Shown here: positions 13,110-27,023 of the stretch, piece after piece
How positions within the stretch are numbered: the first letter of the stretch is position 1
How the letters are laid out: each line of letters opens with the position of its first letter
Assembly: GCA_002633005.1 (NCBI GenBank)
Contig: NMRA01000006.1
Span: 497,000 to 560,999 of the forward strand
DNA: 64,000 nt
Direction of reading: 5' to 3'
From: Phoronis australis
Lineage: Eukaryota; Animalia; Phoronida
The notes under the pieces: model-generated
The model's database searches: none
Told to the model about the DNA's origin: nothing
The model's input: only the letters and a program-made list of their open reading frames with translations
Position numbers and translations under genes: made by a program

Positions 13110-14329
13110 CTAAACTTTATAATAATACAAATAATATGTCCATGGTTCCGGTACGTAAAAAAATCCGGTATATTTATGTCGCATGGCTTTGTCATCCCAC
13201 AGAAAACCGACCCACGTGACCACGAACACGTGCGCTAGCAGGGTAGTCCAGAATAAAAAAGTCCCATTGCTGTCCGAGTTTTCATTGTGGCACATTCTAG
13301 CGTATGCTGTATACATCAACATGAACAGGAACATGGCGAAGAACGCTGGGAAAATCTGCCCTTCTGTTGCTAAGTACCTAGAACACAAAGAGGAAGAATC
13401 TTTGCAAGCAATCTTTATATTTCAATAAAAATGTCCTTGAGTCATTTCTGTGAGCTCACGACAAAATTTATTTCAGGCATCTTCATGCATTTTTTTAGGA
13501 GGCAGTGTGGCCTAGTGTCAGGTCGTGGGTTCGAGTCCCACTGGGACACAATGTTAGACCATTGGGTCAGGTCTCCAGCTTCTCAGCTCAATTTTAACTA
13601 TAAAGGATAAATGATGAGCGCAATGGGCCCACCAGAACGGCCTACGCACACCTAGTACGGGCTTTCAAGGTGTCAGCACCAGACGGCCTGTAATTATTAT
13701 TTTATTTTTACATGCATTTTTGCAGTGAAAAAGTGCGAATTTCAGCATGTGCAGATGTGCCGTTAATTAAGAAGTATTTTATGAATCATTTCGAAGTCTA
13801 CTTGACTTGTCGCGCTACATGAATCATTAAGGGAGGCGACTGATGTTTTCAACTTGCGTCGCAGCACCACATGGCGGCAAATGAAGCCGTACTCTTGGTT
13901 TAGAGTGTGGAAATGAACTGAATCATATTTTAGTAATTTTTTAAGAAAGGCTATTGACGCAATTGCCCTCATTTTCTTACATAAGGACAGAAGTTGGATT
14001 GCCACGGAGATTTTAAAGTCCACAGAGGCACCGGCCATCTTTGAAAAGCTCTAACTAATTGGTTCGTGTTTTGGGGTGGAACCCTTGGTTATGCTTCTAA
14101 TAGGGCGAGTTGGCGTGTTCCTATTACACACGTGATGAAATCATAGACCGAATAGAGTTCATGGAGTACTTAAAGAGAATGATTCACTGCCGATAATTTG
14201 CTTGCAGTTTGAAGTGGTGCGCATTCGGCTCGACTTGCAATAAAACGCTTAGCAGGTTTTAAAACGAGGGCTATTAACTTAAAAGCTGTGTAATTAACAA
14301 TTTTCTTAACATGAATAATAAATAAATAA

Positions 14330-14382
<53 letters not shown>

Positions 14383-17300
14383 GTTATTTTTGTAAGCTAA
14401 ATGTAAAACAATAACCATTGGTATACCTCCGTAATTCAAATACTCACCAATAAAACAAAGCACTGATCAGGACAAGAGGTGCGGCCATGACCGGAAGTCG
14501 CGAGCTGTTCGCGTCACGGGTGAAACAACTCGTGTAGTATATACACAGCAAGGCAAACAGTGGTAAATACCTGTAAAGCACATTGAAACAAGGAAGTGAA
14601 AAAAAATTGTCTCGTATATCATATTCATCAATCGATAACCTCCATCAAAGATTCATGAAGATCTCAATACTCTAGCCATAATGCAATCATGCTTGTTCTT
14701 AACTGTCTTAACTATGTCTAGTTCCTGGGATCATTTTAAAGGCATGGGTTTTTAAAAATTAAAATCAATCAAAAGTAATCAAGACATGAAATCTTTTATC
14801 AGAATGTAAAGGATTTGTTTTACACTTTTCTGTCTATTTCTATAAAGTGCTTGCTTTTCAACATGGCGAATGGGATTTCCATTAAATGTTCTGCAGTAAG
14901 AAGTGGATAAAAAGGGTTTCAAAATGCCAAAACTGATGAAAATTTGCAAAATTTTGCTTCAATGCATCTTCAATTAAGTTACTTAAGTAATTTTGACAGA
15001 GTTACCATCCTAAACTTGTTGAAACCCTGAATGCACTGACTCGCAGTCAAGGAGAAGATCGATTTCGAAACAGGTTAACCCTCGTTCAAATACATTTTGG
15101 GTCTAACTCCCAATAATTCTAGTACTTTTGACTCCGTATCGACCATCAGAAGTAAAGACGTCTTCCTTCCGAGAGCTGTTTTCCGCTCCACTAACTCATC
15201 AGGTGACTGCCCATTTCCTGTATAAGACCCATTCAGCAGAGCGTCATCTACGTTGCTCATTCCCCCTATGCTCACGACTGTCTTTCATACCCTCTTTTAA
15301 GACTCATCTTTTCAAAACTGCGTTTAGCTGCGTTCAGTATTTGAGATCATTTTAAATAAATATCAACATAAAACTTAAAATAATCAATTGAAAGTAATAA
15401 ACGAATAAAACTGTTAAGTTGTGGGGTTATTCTTCGGCGTCTACTCCCGTATATAAAGAAAAAGCGTCCAGTTAAGGTAACCTAGGACACCAGAAATTTT
15501 TTCAAATTGGGTGGCTTCGGAACCATGTATCTCAAAAATGGCTGATTGGATTCATATGAAACTTTTTACATACTGCACTTAATGCACTGCTCTGCAAGAA
15601 GCTGTTAGGAATTGTTTTAAAAGATCCCAATTTTGCATGGGGGACTATTAAAGAGGCCTGGAACACGATAAACAGACTAAATTGCAATGTTGAAAGTGGT
15701 TCTCTGCCACTGAAACAGAATTCAACTTGCTCACCAGGTGTTTTTAGGGTTTGTTCGTAAATATTTTCAATTTCTGTTGATATCAAAGCATTTTATTTTA
15801 TTTTAAACTACAAGAAAACGATCTGTCAATTGTTCGGCACTTAATCGATTTTTCTCCCACAAGACAAAACGTGTCTCTTTATTTGGTACGGCAAGACAAA
15901 GACGAAGCAAATTTCCCTTAGATGGAAAATGTGACCTTCGTCCTCAAGCGACTTCAAGCGACTGAGTGTGAGCGCATGCGCACATTTATTATAACTGGGA
16001 GGGAGATTAAAAACTCCGTGGTAACCACAGAGTTTTTCCTTTGCACGTATTTCAAAAATGGTGAATTTTGCGACTTTTTCTGTAAATTTCCTCATAAAGG
16101 AAAGAGAACTCCTCTGTACTCAGTGCGAGATGGTACTATCGTGAGGAATTGTAATAAAATATATTTTTGAGGAGCTTTCACTTTCCATGCCTCTTGAAGA
16201 AATATGACTGTCTTATTAAATGATTTTTATGAAAAACGTCCGCGTTCATGGAAGTAGATCGAAACACTGATAGACATGACTCGACTTGAGGAGAAGCAAA
16301 AAAGCGGTTTTTTGATTACTTCCTTTTTTATTCAAACCATTTTTTTAACCCCCTTTTCAACAGGACACTGTCACTCTAAAAAACTTCGAATAGACAAGTC
16401 ACCAATAAACAATTACAAAAAAGGCTTGCATGTGCATGTGTCAACTTCTAGTTTTAAATTTGTACTTCGTTTTTGAAATTTAGCAAATACACAAACTTCA
16501 GTCATAATTTCAGTTTCACATAAAAATTCAAGTGAATTTTAACTTAACTAAAACTCTAGCACGGATTTTAATCTTAATTGCATTGGACGTCAAATTATGT
16601 GATTTCGTAGAAATTGATCAAGTAATGGCTGAGAACTCAAGCATACTGCCACGACAGTGAAATTGTGAACTGGGATAGAAGTTTTACAATCATCACATTT
16701 GCTACGTGTGATGTTCCCGTTTTACTGTACGTGGTAAAACGATAGCGGAGAGTAAGCTCTACTATAAAATAGATACCTTGCCTGACAGCAATATTATGAT
16801 GTGGTTTTTATTTAAATTTTTACTGTATCCTGGACAAAACCAACATGGCTACCCTGGCACGGGTGTAATATTTTTACTCGAAATCGAACCTCAAAATTAT
16901 TTGTATGATTTTCCATTCTACTTTATAATCAACTAAGGACAAGTGAAAATTGTTCTGTACTCGAGTAGTACGAACATCACGATTTATGTGCATGGCTGTG
17001 TAATCCTATTTTGCACTTGATGACCCTACCATTAAAACTATGAGTTCGAATCTGAATTCAAAGTCTCGAGTTCTAACTAAAGTTTGTAGCTCAAACTTAG
17101 GGGTCATAAGGTGCGAATAAGAAATATTTTCTCATATGCGAAACCCACAATGTACTGGAACATAAAATATCGGGGGCCTGTTTCACACAAAGTGACTTAA
17201 GACTCAAGACAGAAATTTGATCTGACGACCACGTTTTACAGTTTCTTTATGAAGTTTTAGCCAAGTAATTACCAGCGCATTACGGACTAGAAATAATTTA

Positions 17301-20300
17301 TAAAAATTATCTCGGTAATGAGCACTTATGCGCATATTATCAGAGACCTTGGCCTTGCACTTTTGCTCAAGTGAGATTTGTTTTTCAGAAATTGTTACGT
17401 GGAGTGCAAGACCAAAATTTGCATGTATTTCTTAGTGGCTCGTCTTGAGTTCGAATTAAAAGAGAAGGGAAAGTGTGAACATATTTGAGAGTTGGATTTC
17501 GAGTAAAAAGATCAGACCCCAGGACCCTGCCTAGTGTTCGTTGTGATAAAGCTTTTTGGTGTTGTGGTGTGCTAGTAGGCCCTATTCCCCGTTCTTTACA
17601 GTCAGCTAACAGTTCTGAGCAGTGACATGGGTGAGTAAAGGGTTTTCAGAAATGGGATCAAATTACAACTTCGCTTGCAGTTTTCGAATCGATTTCATTT
17701 TTCCCAAAACATTTTAAATGAAGAATAAAGACTACAGGAGGCTAAAATTCAAAATTCAGTGTCCTACCCAATACATTGGTTCGACCCTCCTTACACTTTG
17801 CGAAGAGGCTTGTATTCGATTGAGAGCTGTACGTTGGTTTTCCAAACAAAATATGAAAATGACTTGTAAAGTTTGAACCGAGCTACTTTAGACAAATGAC
17901 AAAAATTGGTAAACTTTAGAAAAACATGTCTCATAAATGCCTTTGATTCAATTTGAATGGAACTTACAGATTGCTACGATTTACACATGTCCATTTCATG
18001 TTCTCCATATTCTCCCAGGAATTAGTTTGAAAACGCTTCACCTTTGTACAAGTTGCTATAGAAAATTAGGGTGCTTTCAATTGTCATAAAAAGTAAAAGA
18101 ATGAATCAAACAAAAAACGAAAACTTAATTTAGAAATATGTGATTGCGTTTTTGAGATTTCATCACGAAAATTTATATTAAGACAAATTTGCTTATGTTA
18201 TACAGTTGTTTTGGTGTGAACATAATTTCTTATTTATCGATTCTACTAAAAAACACGCAGTCACGTTACATAATTAATGCCAGGTTAGTTATAGATCAAA
18301 CTTTACATTCGTCGAACTTATGATTTCTAACTTCATAAATTATAACCATTGCTGGCCGGATAAATTTCACACTTCGAAAAATCTTTGGATGTAAGTTCAG
18401 GCAATAAAATTTACTTATTAAGGTACGCAAAGTGATCGGTATCAAATAACATATTCATTGAAAGACTTAGAATGTAATTACCATTGTAATCAAGAGCTTA
18501 TCTTGAAATAGCGAAGAAGGAGTATACTTTCCATGTGTTTAACACACATGCTTAAGACATGCTTTAAAAAACGCATATTGTTTATATTCATCTTCGAAAC
18601 CTTTAAAACGCGCAGCTGTTTAAATTCACGTTAGATGCTTACCACATGTAATGTCCTATGACCTCGTCATAAAGATACAGCACTTCAAATGAGTTAATCT
18701 GAAACATTAAAAATAGCGGGGTTAAATGTGATTACGGTTTGCTAATGAAATCCCGTTTAATCAGGTTTGTTTGTGAAAGGTCAGGTGGTGCGAGTTTGCA
18801 GAGACAAAAATGCAATTAAATCAACGGACGCTGTGTATATTGCGAAGCACGAAAAAAGGACAGTGACCTACAGAAATACAGTATTCGGAAACTAACAAAC
18901 AAATAAAATCAAAAATCGCCCTTGTCCCAACTTCAGAATCAAATTAAGTCGAGCGTAAATTTTGTGGTCCCAAATTCCAGACACTTTTCCATACTGGGTA
19001 ATACATTATGTACCGTAATTCTTACGGCACTGTACTCACGAGAGAAGAAGGCTGAAGGTTTTTCATAACCGGATTCTCTGCAACACTTAGTTCTTGTTGG
19101 TAACCGCTAAAGATGAGTCGATGCATTACCGAGTCGCCCACCAGGTGGATGCTGGCGCCCATCACGAAGAGTATCACCGTCAAGTAAGTAGCAGACGAAG
19201 GTAATCGGCGGGACGGCGGACTTCTTTCGATAAGCTGAAATTTCAGCAATGTCCGCTGATGTCACAAATGCAGAACGGATTTCATTGTTTCATGATGCTG
19301 GTTACAACTGGTAACTAAAACGAGAACGTCTCAGTAACTCTGAAAATTTCAAGATTCTCATTTCTGTTCGTCGTTTCGGAAATTGTTTCAGAAAATCGAA
19401 AACGCAAGGGTGTCGACTTAACAAAACGCAACTTTACACGATGCTTAAATTTATTTATAAACCTCAATTCCATGATCGGCCACTTCGACACGAGGATCAC
19501 AAATTCAACCGGATCTCTATTTTTTAATTTTAACGCGGCAATAAATCCGTTTTCCCTAAAAGTAAAATTGTATTTGAAACACGAACCTTTACGAAATTGG
19601 TCTCAAATCGTTCCTTTTTCAAATTGAAGATGATTCCAAGTCCTCGAAAAAACTAGCAGTTCATTAATGCTGGAGACCAGACTCTATAGTTCGGAATTGG
19701 CATGACGTGTCATTTCATGCGCCGAACAAGACATAACAAACTGTCAGTTCCTTGAAAATCATGACCAGAAATCACTTCTCATCCGAGTAAGGAAGAAGTT
19801 GAAACCAGTTTTAAAGGGGTAAGTGGTCTAAATCAAAAGATGGCTTCTTGGGCGGAAAGTGTTTTTATAGCCAATTAAGAATGCAGCGTGTTGTAACTTT
19901 AAAATTCTGCGTAAAATCACTAACAGGTTATTTTATTTTATTTAATTTTTGTAATGTACAGGTGTAGTATTTACAATGAGGGTAGCCCCATCACTTCACA
20001 CTGCTTTCCGTCCATGGGGGCCCCCGCGGAATCTAATATCAAGCTACAAGTAACATGAATGTGTTCATGTACACATGTACATACTCAACGTTTCATCGAA
20101 GGCAATTTCAAGTGGAGAAATGTACACGGAGTGACATGAAAATAATTACTTTTTCAGGGAATCTTACATATCTTTATAGCCCAGCGTTTAAATTTACATT
20201 AGCGCCATCTTTTTAGAACTGTGAAAAATAATTGTTGTAGCAGCGCTAGTAACCACTACCTGTGAAATGAACTGTTCACGTACTTCCAACATTAAGTGGT

Positions 20301-23300
20301 ACATGTACCTGCACAATTTAATTGAAACAACGAAAATCTTCGGGCTCCACTTACATTCGTTAATTTTCCATAACAAGTCATGGGCATTGAGAAAATCCTT
20401 CCAGAAACGCTTGGTTTCAAGAAAAAATGAGATTTTGTGGCAATCTTGTGTTTTATTGCCTGCATATGCACCCTATACAATATCAGTGTCGTGCAGACGC
20501 ACGCACACGTACATGTACGCACACGCACGCACAAATAGAATAGTTGCTACCCTGACGCCGATGGATTCACTTTAAAATTAATATACCTTTAGCAGAAGAA
20601 ATGGGGTCAGTACGTTGTATGCCATGTGGAAGTAATCACCTAAACTGGGCATGTTTCTTGGAAACCATTCTTCTGGAACCCATGTCTGCAAAAACGCCAA
20701 CGGAAATCATTACTGGTGCAACTCAATGCCATAGGCGAAGTTTGCGGGCGTCAGTGATAGCGCACTTAGACCACATGGACTCGACATTGTTAAAGTTACA
20801 TTTAGCGCAGTTCATAGGTACTATAGTTCTCAACGGTACTATGGTTATCTTGGGACATCACGCTTCATACCATAGACTCTATTCACGCGGCGGCCATTAA
20901 GATCCAAAGCGAGGCTCAAAGCGAAAGTAGACATTGCGTGAGTTAAATAGCCGGTCTTTCGAGTCCAACCTGGATATTAAATTTTAATGATGTGTCGACA
21001 ATTAACCACAGAGACGCAGAAAATTACATTAGAGAACAAGTTAAGGCGCCAAAGAGTTGTCTGACGAAAGGGTTTAATTTTTTTCAGAAAACTAGGTTCG
21101 AAACGTGAAAAGTAAATGTGACCAAATTGCTGCGATCGTAGTGTTACGGATTAGGTATTAGGCTGAATGCAGGGTTACGTTTTTTCTTGTAAATTGTTGA
21201 TCAAAATATTTTCTACGCGGACCAGGTCATCTGCTCGTATTGTTGACGAGTTGAAGACATATTCGACAGTGGTGTCTGTCATGTGCAATAAGTCACATCT
21301 GCTTTAATTTGTTTATCAAGAATATTAACATCAAGCATAGCCTGATCCTATGCACTTACTGGGACTAACTGTTGATTTGTCATTGATCTGAAAGAATAAT
21401 TGATGTTATTAAATATATTTTTTATTAAAATAATAAACCAAGCTAGTAAGTGAAAATAAAAATTATTTGACCATCAATTCTGCTTTCTTGGTTGTAATAA
21501 TTCTTACGTCTATTTCATGTGTTAGATTTCAAATATCTATCTGGACCAAGTTGAATTTTAAAATTAAAACACCTAATTCGTTCGTCCAAAACATAACCTC
21601 GTTTTAGAACTCAATTTCAGTTAACTGGACAATGCAATCATAGTTAGCGTGTTTCTGCAGGAGCCTCTTTCATCCGAGGGGAACGGTGCCAGTGCCTACT
21701 GAGAGGCGATTTTTTCGCCGAGTGAGGGCGGGAACAATCTGCCTCCCGATCACCATCAATAGCACCCCCGCCCTGTTGCAAGCTCTCATAGGCTCTTCCT
21801 CAATTTAAAGTAGCCTTTTGTGCTCTTAAAAATTGTCACCTGTGTGGTTACAGGTGATGTGAACTCATAGAGATTTTTCACTAGGGGAATTTTTATGCCT
21901 CGTGGGGGGAATTTCGCGTCACGGTGATATTTCAATTTGTTTGAGAGGGGAATAGGGACGATATTGGGCCCCAAATTTGAGGGATTGAGGGCCCAGTCAT
22001 GGAAAGAAATATTATAATGTTTCAACCCGTAGCAGGGGCGGATCCAGGTTTTTCAGTTAGGAGGGCAGGGCACAGGAATAAGCAGCATTTCGGCAGATGC
22101 GCGCGCCCAGCTTAAACTCTGGGGTTGCAGGGGTCATGAATTCTTGGGTTTGCGGACCTGTTCAAAAAAAAACGGTAACGGGGTTCATTCAACGTTGTTT
22201 ATTCACCCCCCCACAGGCACCTTTAAGTAGCTCTCTACAATATAACATATAAATTTATATGTTATATTGTAGAGAGCTACTTAAAGGTGCCTGTGAGCTA
22301 ACAGAGCATCGTAGCGAGCCTCGTTTTGGAATGCGCCTCCTGTCGGCGTGAATAGGGTCTATGGTGCGAGAGTCGAAAGTGTTTTGACTTAGGTTCGCCA
22401 CGCGTCACAAATATCTAGGCATGAAATGAGGACAGTTACAGTGTATGTAACGGTTCATGTTTCCTATGGTTGTAATCGGGACGGAGCACACACGCGCAGC
22501 TTAATAAACAGCCTCATTCTGATCTCATCTGACTAAAGATGATCGCTTTTAACCCTCCCAGTAGCAAAGTTTTTTGCAAACAAATTCATCCTGCACTGCG
22601 ATACACCAAGTGGAAGCCATAAGGAAAAAGTTCCGCGGTAAAGCTTAGTATCCTGTTGCACCCCAGCTTGATATTCGTAACTTCGTATATTTGGATTTGA
22701 CTTTTGGTCCAAAAACTGACATACGGTACACTCTGGGCTTCTTTGCAGAACTCCGACAGCGCAACTGGTCGGGTATGTACATATTTAATTGAACAGATAC
22801 CTATCATAAATGTATAGTATATTCATTTTACACCACAGAACTTCAGATGCCAATTACCACCCTTGTCACTCGAAAGTTGTGTGACGGTAAACTTGTCAAA
22901 CGTGTCTCACCCCCGACCACGGATCTTCACATGCTACCGCAGTCTTTAAGTGCATGTATTTTCTAAATTACTTAAAAGTTAAAAATCTCTCCCGGTTGCC
23001 GACCAAAGTTCAGCTACACAAGGGACCAAATATTTTCTTACCATCGCAAGGGGGCGCCCGAAGTCGAGGACTATATTCTCCAACGCCATAAGTGTCCACA
23101 GATCCCAGTGAAATCTGACTTTTGGAGACCGTGTCGGTGATTGTCTAAAAACCAAGAAATATCAAGGACAGGTGTAGGCTGTTGTATGAAGCCATTATTT
23201 TACTTTAAACAAAATCAGTGTCTACACAAGTTGCTTTTAGCCTTTTCCTGGAACTTTTGAACGGATTATTTTTTACAGCCAGTATGAATATCGGTACCGG

Positions 23301-25109
23301 TACTCAGAAATTCAACAATTCCATCACAAAAACAAAATTTAATATAGACGATTTATTGTCATGATGTTGGTCCAAAATAGTCGCCTTAGTCAAATCTGAG
23401 GTGCTTCCAAAGCTTTTAAAGTATTGACAGTTCCGTCGTTATTGTTCGGAATCACTGCAGGCTCTACTGACAACCGGTAATTGTCGCGGCGTGAATTTAT
23501 GGGTCGATTAGGCCTACGATCTCAAGGAATAGCGAATCCCGTAGCTACGCTAGTGAAGATCACCGCCGGTCCTTGCGCTTCCGGTCACGATAAGTAGCTA
23601 GAGCCAATCGAACATCTCGGGTATTCAAATTCCGTTTTGCTAATGCATCATTGGAGTCAATCTTAAAAGCACGAATCAACTAAAAATGAAAACATCTCAG
23701 TCACAAATCGGATGTTACGGTCCTTGGTGAGTGGTCTTTTCTCACAGTTGTCCTGTAATTCGCTAAAAGCGCTGGTCATGACCAGCAGTGGCAGATCTAC
23801 GTTGAGTGGGGGGAGGGGGGGGGTTAGGATTGGCACGAATCCCGATCGTGATGTGCCTAGCTCCGAGAGGGGGAGAGGTCGGGAGGCGGTTTCCCTTCTC
23901 CCGTGTAAGATTTTTTGTTCTTGTAGCTGATTTCGTTTTCCTGGCGATGATTTTTTTAATTTTCATGTTTTTTGATCCTGTCCCGGGGGGTGTTAAAACC
24001 CCCTGAACCCCCGTAGATCCGCCTCCATGACTATGCACGCTTGCCCATTTGGAAAAATTGAAACCTACGAGAGTTGTCGAGGGATATAGGGCACTTATCA
24101 TTTGTTTCAGATAACTGGCGCTTTATATTATCCGGGTTTTTTTAACCTTTTAATATTAACTTTCCTCGGCGGAGGTGAAACGCTAGGTTACGCACATGTC
24201 GCCGTTCTCCCGTTCAGTGACCTTAACAGACCTAAAAGGTTGTGAGCTTGTGATAACATCTAGCTTCTTTGTTAACTGCCAAGCACAGTCTTTTGTCTGG
24301 TATGACAATAGGCAGGCCAATTATCTACCAGGCTTATTACAGACCACGTGTGAACACAGTCAAACCCAAAGCCGGAGAATGGGGATCGAATTTCGGAAAG
24401 AATAGATTGTCATAACTTCGGTTGTAGTTGGGCGATTTTTGCGATTCAAAAACTAAACATCAGCAGCATTTAAGGAGCATTTCAGAAATGTTATTGGTTT
24501 ATGTACAAATATGTTATAACTCATTTAACTTTTATTTTTAACAGTAGGCCTACAGCCCAGTCAGGCTAGATACGATCTTATTGGAGGATAGAGCAATTAT
24601 CGAACAAAAGAGAGCTGGCCAATGCCAGAATGGAGTTAATCAGTCGTGCAAGAAATTGGCTACAGGGGTCATCTTCCCCAACATATTGTTGCGCTACGGA
24701 ATCGAACACGTTGGAAGCAAGGGGAAAACGCCGTAATGGTGTGCGGTATTCAGTCGCACGGCAAGTCCTGGCTTTAGCCGTGAGAATGAAGTTCGCACAC
24801 ACGCAGATAACGTTCACTTGAGGGGAAATTTGAGGCTAGGCTAATACACAAGGTGTTACAGCTGCTGAGAGGAGAGACTTAAGGCTACGGGAACCGAGAT
24901 GTACGATAATGCTCGAGATGTTTCAGACGCCGGGACCGAATGGATAACCACTGTGGCGTAAATCTGACATCGGAAACAACGTATCCCTAAAATATTATTC
25001 ATACTTTGGCAATTGGACTTAGCCTATATGGCTCATTTAAAACTCACCCAATGTTAAATTCCAACGAATCGACGACCTTGTTGGTCATTTTCTTTCTATT
25101 CCGAACCAT
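13110..25109 (-). CDS. CLN6: CLN6-like ER transmembrane protein (ceroid-lipofuscinosis neuronal protein 6 orthologue), 7 coding exons, 301 aa
   Basis: Minus-strand exons with GT-AG boundaries and consistent phases: 25109-25048 ([21 protein letters not shown], Kozak accATGG), 23144-23042 ([25 protein letters not shown]), 20685-20587 ([27 protein letters not shown]), 19234-19040 ([32 protein letters not shown]), 18698-18643 ([19 protein letters not shown]), 14570-14448 ([19 protein letters not shown]), 13377-13110 ([19 protein letters not shown]). Total 906 nt, in frame. Motifs match human CLN6 as recalled. Exon 1 is the least certain. Confidence 0.95.
13498..13702 (+). mobile_element. tRNA-derived SINE (internally deleted head)
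   Basis: A-box-like tggcctagtg and B-box ggttcgagtccc close together, then about 150 bp of body and an (att)n-like tail. Confidence 0.6.
14335..14376. repeat. (TA)n microsatellite in CLN6 intron 6
   Basis: Direct reading of the sequence. Confidence 0.95.
15140..15330 (+). mobile_element. L2/CR1-type LINE 3' end fragment
   Basis: ORF ends in [12 protein letters not shown], resembling the L2-clade ORF2 C-terminal motif (LKTHLF..AF). Confidence 0.45.
16858..17523. mobile_element. MITE family C, diverged inverted copy with a nested insertion, in CLN6 intron 5
   Basis: Ends atatttttactcgaaatcgaac ... gttggatttcgagtaaaaagatcagacccc; first about 230 bp match the reverse complement of about 63775-64000; nested ggcctgtttcacacaaagtgacttaa element from about 17173. 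Confidence 0.65.
20869..22365. mobile_element. Non-autonomous TIR element with nested insertions in CLN6 intron 2
   Basis: accatagactctattcacgc...ccaaagcgaggctc (20869-20917) is inversely repeated as gagcctcgttttgg...gcgtgaatagggtctatggt (22316-22365). Confidence 0.65.
22212..22295. repeat. Perfect 84-bp palindrome with no loop
   Basis: cacaggcacctttaagtagctctctacaatataacatataaa|tttatatgttatattgtagagagctacttaaaggtgcctgtg. Confidence 0.95.
23786..24029. mobile_element. Short MITE of the CAGTGGCGGATC family
   Basis: cagtggcagatctac ... gtagatccgcctccatg with G- and C-runs; related ends at about 22033 and 7748-7761. Confidence 0.6.
24199..24735 (+). repeat. MITE-like family A, full copy in CLN6 intron 1
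   Basis: Imperfect TIRs cgccgttctcccgtt ... aaggggaaaacgccg; highly similar to 40245-40776. Confidence 0.8.
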
Positions 25110-25342
25110 GGTACCGTCCGGGATGACTCATACGCTTACAGCAGTCAATAAACCAATATCTTATACTGGCTCCTGACAACGACCCACTGACTCAACTCCG
25201 TCGAGCGCCGTGCAGCGACCCTGCTAAACCTGCCCAATACACAGGCAACTATTTCATCCAGACATACAGTCGCACTGACACCTGAGCCGCAACGGACGAC
25301 TGTCGTAAACGCGACTCGTGTTGCTTTAACTCAACGTTGTGG

Positions 25343-25565
25343 TATTTATAAAGGCTCACGTTCGTTTTTAGCCCGGTTTAGCACTGCAGTATCAAGACTA
25401 GTAAGTTTACCAGTTGTGACAAATAAGGTCACAGCGTTAACTGGGGGGCAACGTTCAGTGAACGTTTACAATGCAAGATACGTAACCGTGTAGATAGCGG
25501 CAGCCAGCTGGGAAAACATCTTATCTGTTCAAAACCTTCAATCCTTTAATCTGCGCATGTGCGAA
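25343..25565 (-). promoter_or_regulatory. Candidate CLN6 promoter elements
   Basis: TATAAATA on the minus strand at about 25343-25350, roughly 240 bp upstream of the ATG; NRF1-like tgcgcatgtgc at about 25552; CpG-richer region. Confidence 0.3.
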
Positions 25566-27023
25566 CTTTTATCACAGGCATCTTCGGCAGCAATCAACAG
25601 TTGCATGCTCCAAATGTGACTTGCTCCGACTACACCAGTTCGTGAATAACAATTTTCTGCTTATCTGTAAAGGGCGTACTGGACTCTACTTGCATAAACG
25701 TATCCCACTCAAATATTTTAAAATAAATCTATGCTGTGGTAGGCAACAGCACAAATTCTTCCCTCAAAAATACAACACTCGCGCAAGTTGTGAAAGCAGT
25801 TCACGGTTTCAACAGTGAAACCCGATAAGAAAGCAACCATTGGTCAACACTGAAACATCGCTGGCGCTTTGGTAATCCGCCGTACACATCGTGGACAATC
25901 CCGTACACATCCGTCATAACTCGGGAAGACCGTGGGCCGCATCCAAGTCTTACTAAATTTCGCGACTCAGTAGCAACCTCAAATTATTATTCCTGACCAT
26001 AAAAACTACCAAGGCAGCCTAGAAAATTGAGCATGTTTGATTTTTTGGGGGATGCCTGTGATCTTTTTGGTTCAGTGTATAGATGTTAACAAGTTCTTCC
26101 AAGGTATGTCGTAACTGTCGCTATTGTTCCATACACTCGAGGCGGTAGGCACTATGGCCATAAAGCAGTGAGGTTCCATGCTTGGGGCAAAGCACGAAAA
26201 GCAGAGCTCCGGCTACGGAGTAGCGCTCATGGTACAACATGGAAGATCAGATGACCAATTTGATATGCCACAACTTAATTATGACACAGTGAAATACAAA
26301 CGTCAAGAGCAAACTTTATTTCCTTCAAATTTGTTTTTAAAATCACTGAATATAAATTTTAGAACCTTTGAAAATGATCTAACCAGTGCTGGAAAGAGTT
26401 AGTAAAGACTCCCTAGGTCGTGAGGGAGATAATGTCATTGATTACATTTCTTTATCAAAAAAATCTCAATATTTATTCTTGTAAATGCTATTTCAGTACA
26501 GATAACAATTACAGTTATTCAAGCTACTGCACACTACATGACACCATTCATCCCAACTGGTCACTGAAATGTCAGCTCACTCTTCACAGGTGCCCGCAGG
26601 CGTGTACAAAAAATTGCTAAGAGACGCCGATTCCCTATTGCAGGTGCCAAGTCTGCTAATTGCCACCCCTTTTTGCTGGGTAGACTTTGCTGTGGGAAGA
26701 CGGACATTGCATCTTTTGAGGGGCTGAGGCTAATGCAGTTGGCCTTTTGCGGGGAAGAAATGGAAATTTAGGGGCCTACTGCCCTACTGGACCCCGTGCG
26801 GATCCGGTAAAACTTGCTGAAAGAGTACCACCTACCCGCAATTCTTGGTACACCTGCAAGCACCTTGTCAATATGAGTGACCCCCTGGGATTCCTGGTAA
26901 GAACCCCAGGTCATAAGCATGTTTTAAATTTCCAGTGGCACACTACCATAATCATCCTGTAACTGGTGAATGCATAACACAGTCCCTGTGGCCAATAAAT
27001 TTCAAAAACGACCCTGATCAACG

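Noticed and set aside
23300-23620. CLN6 first exon or promoter near the CTTCCGG motif at about 23578
   Set aside because: No ATG with a phase-2 donor was found there; 25109-25048 fits phase, Kozak context and donor consensus.
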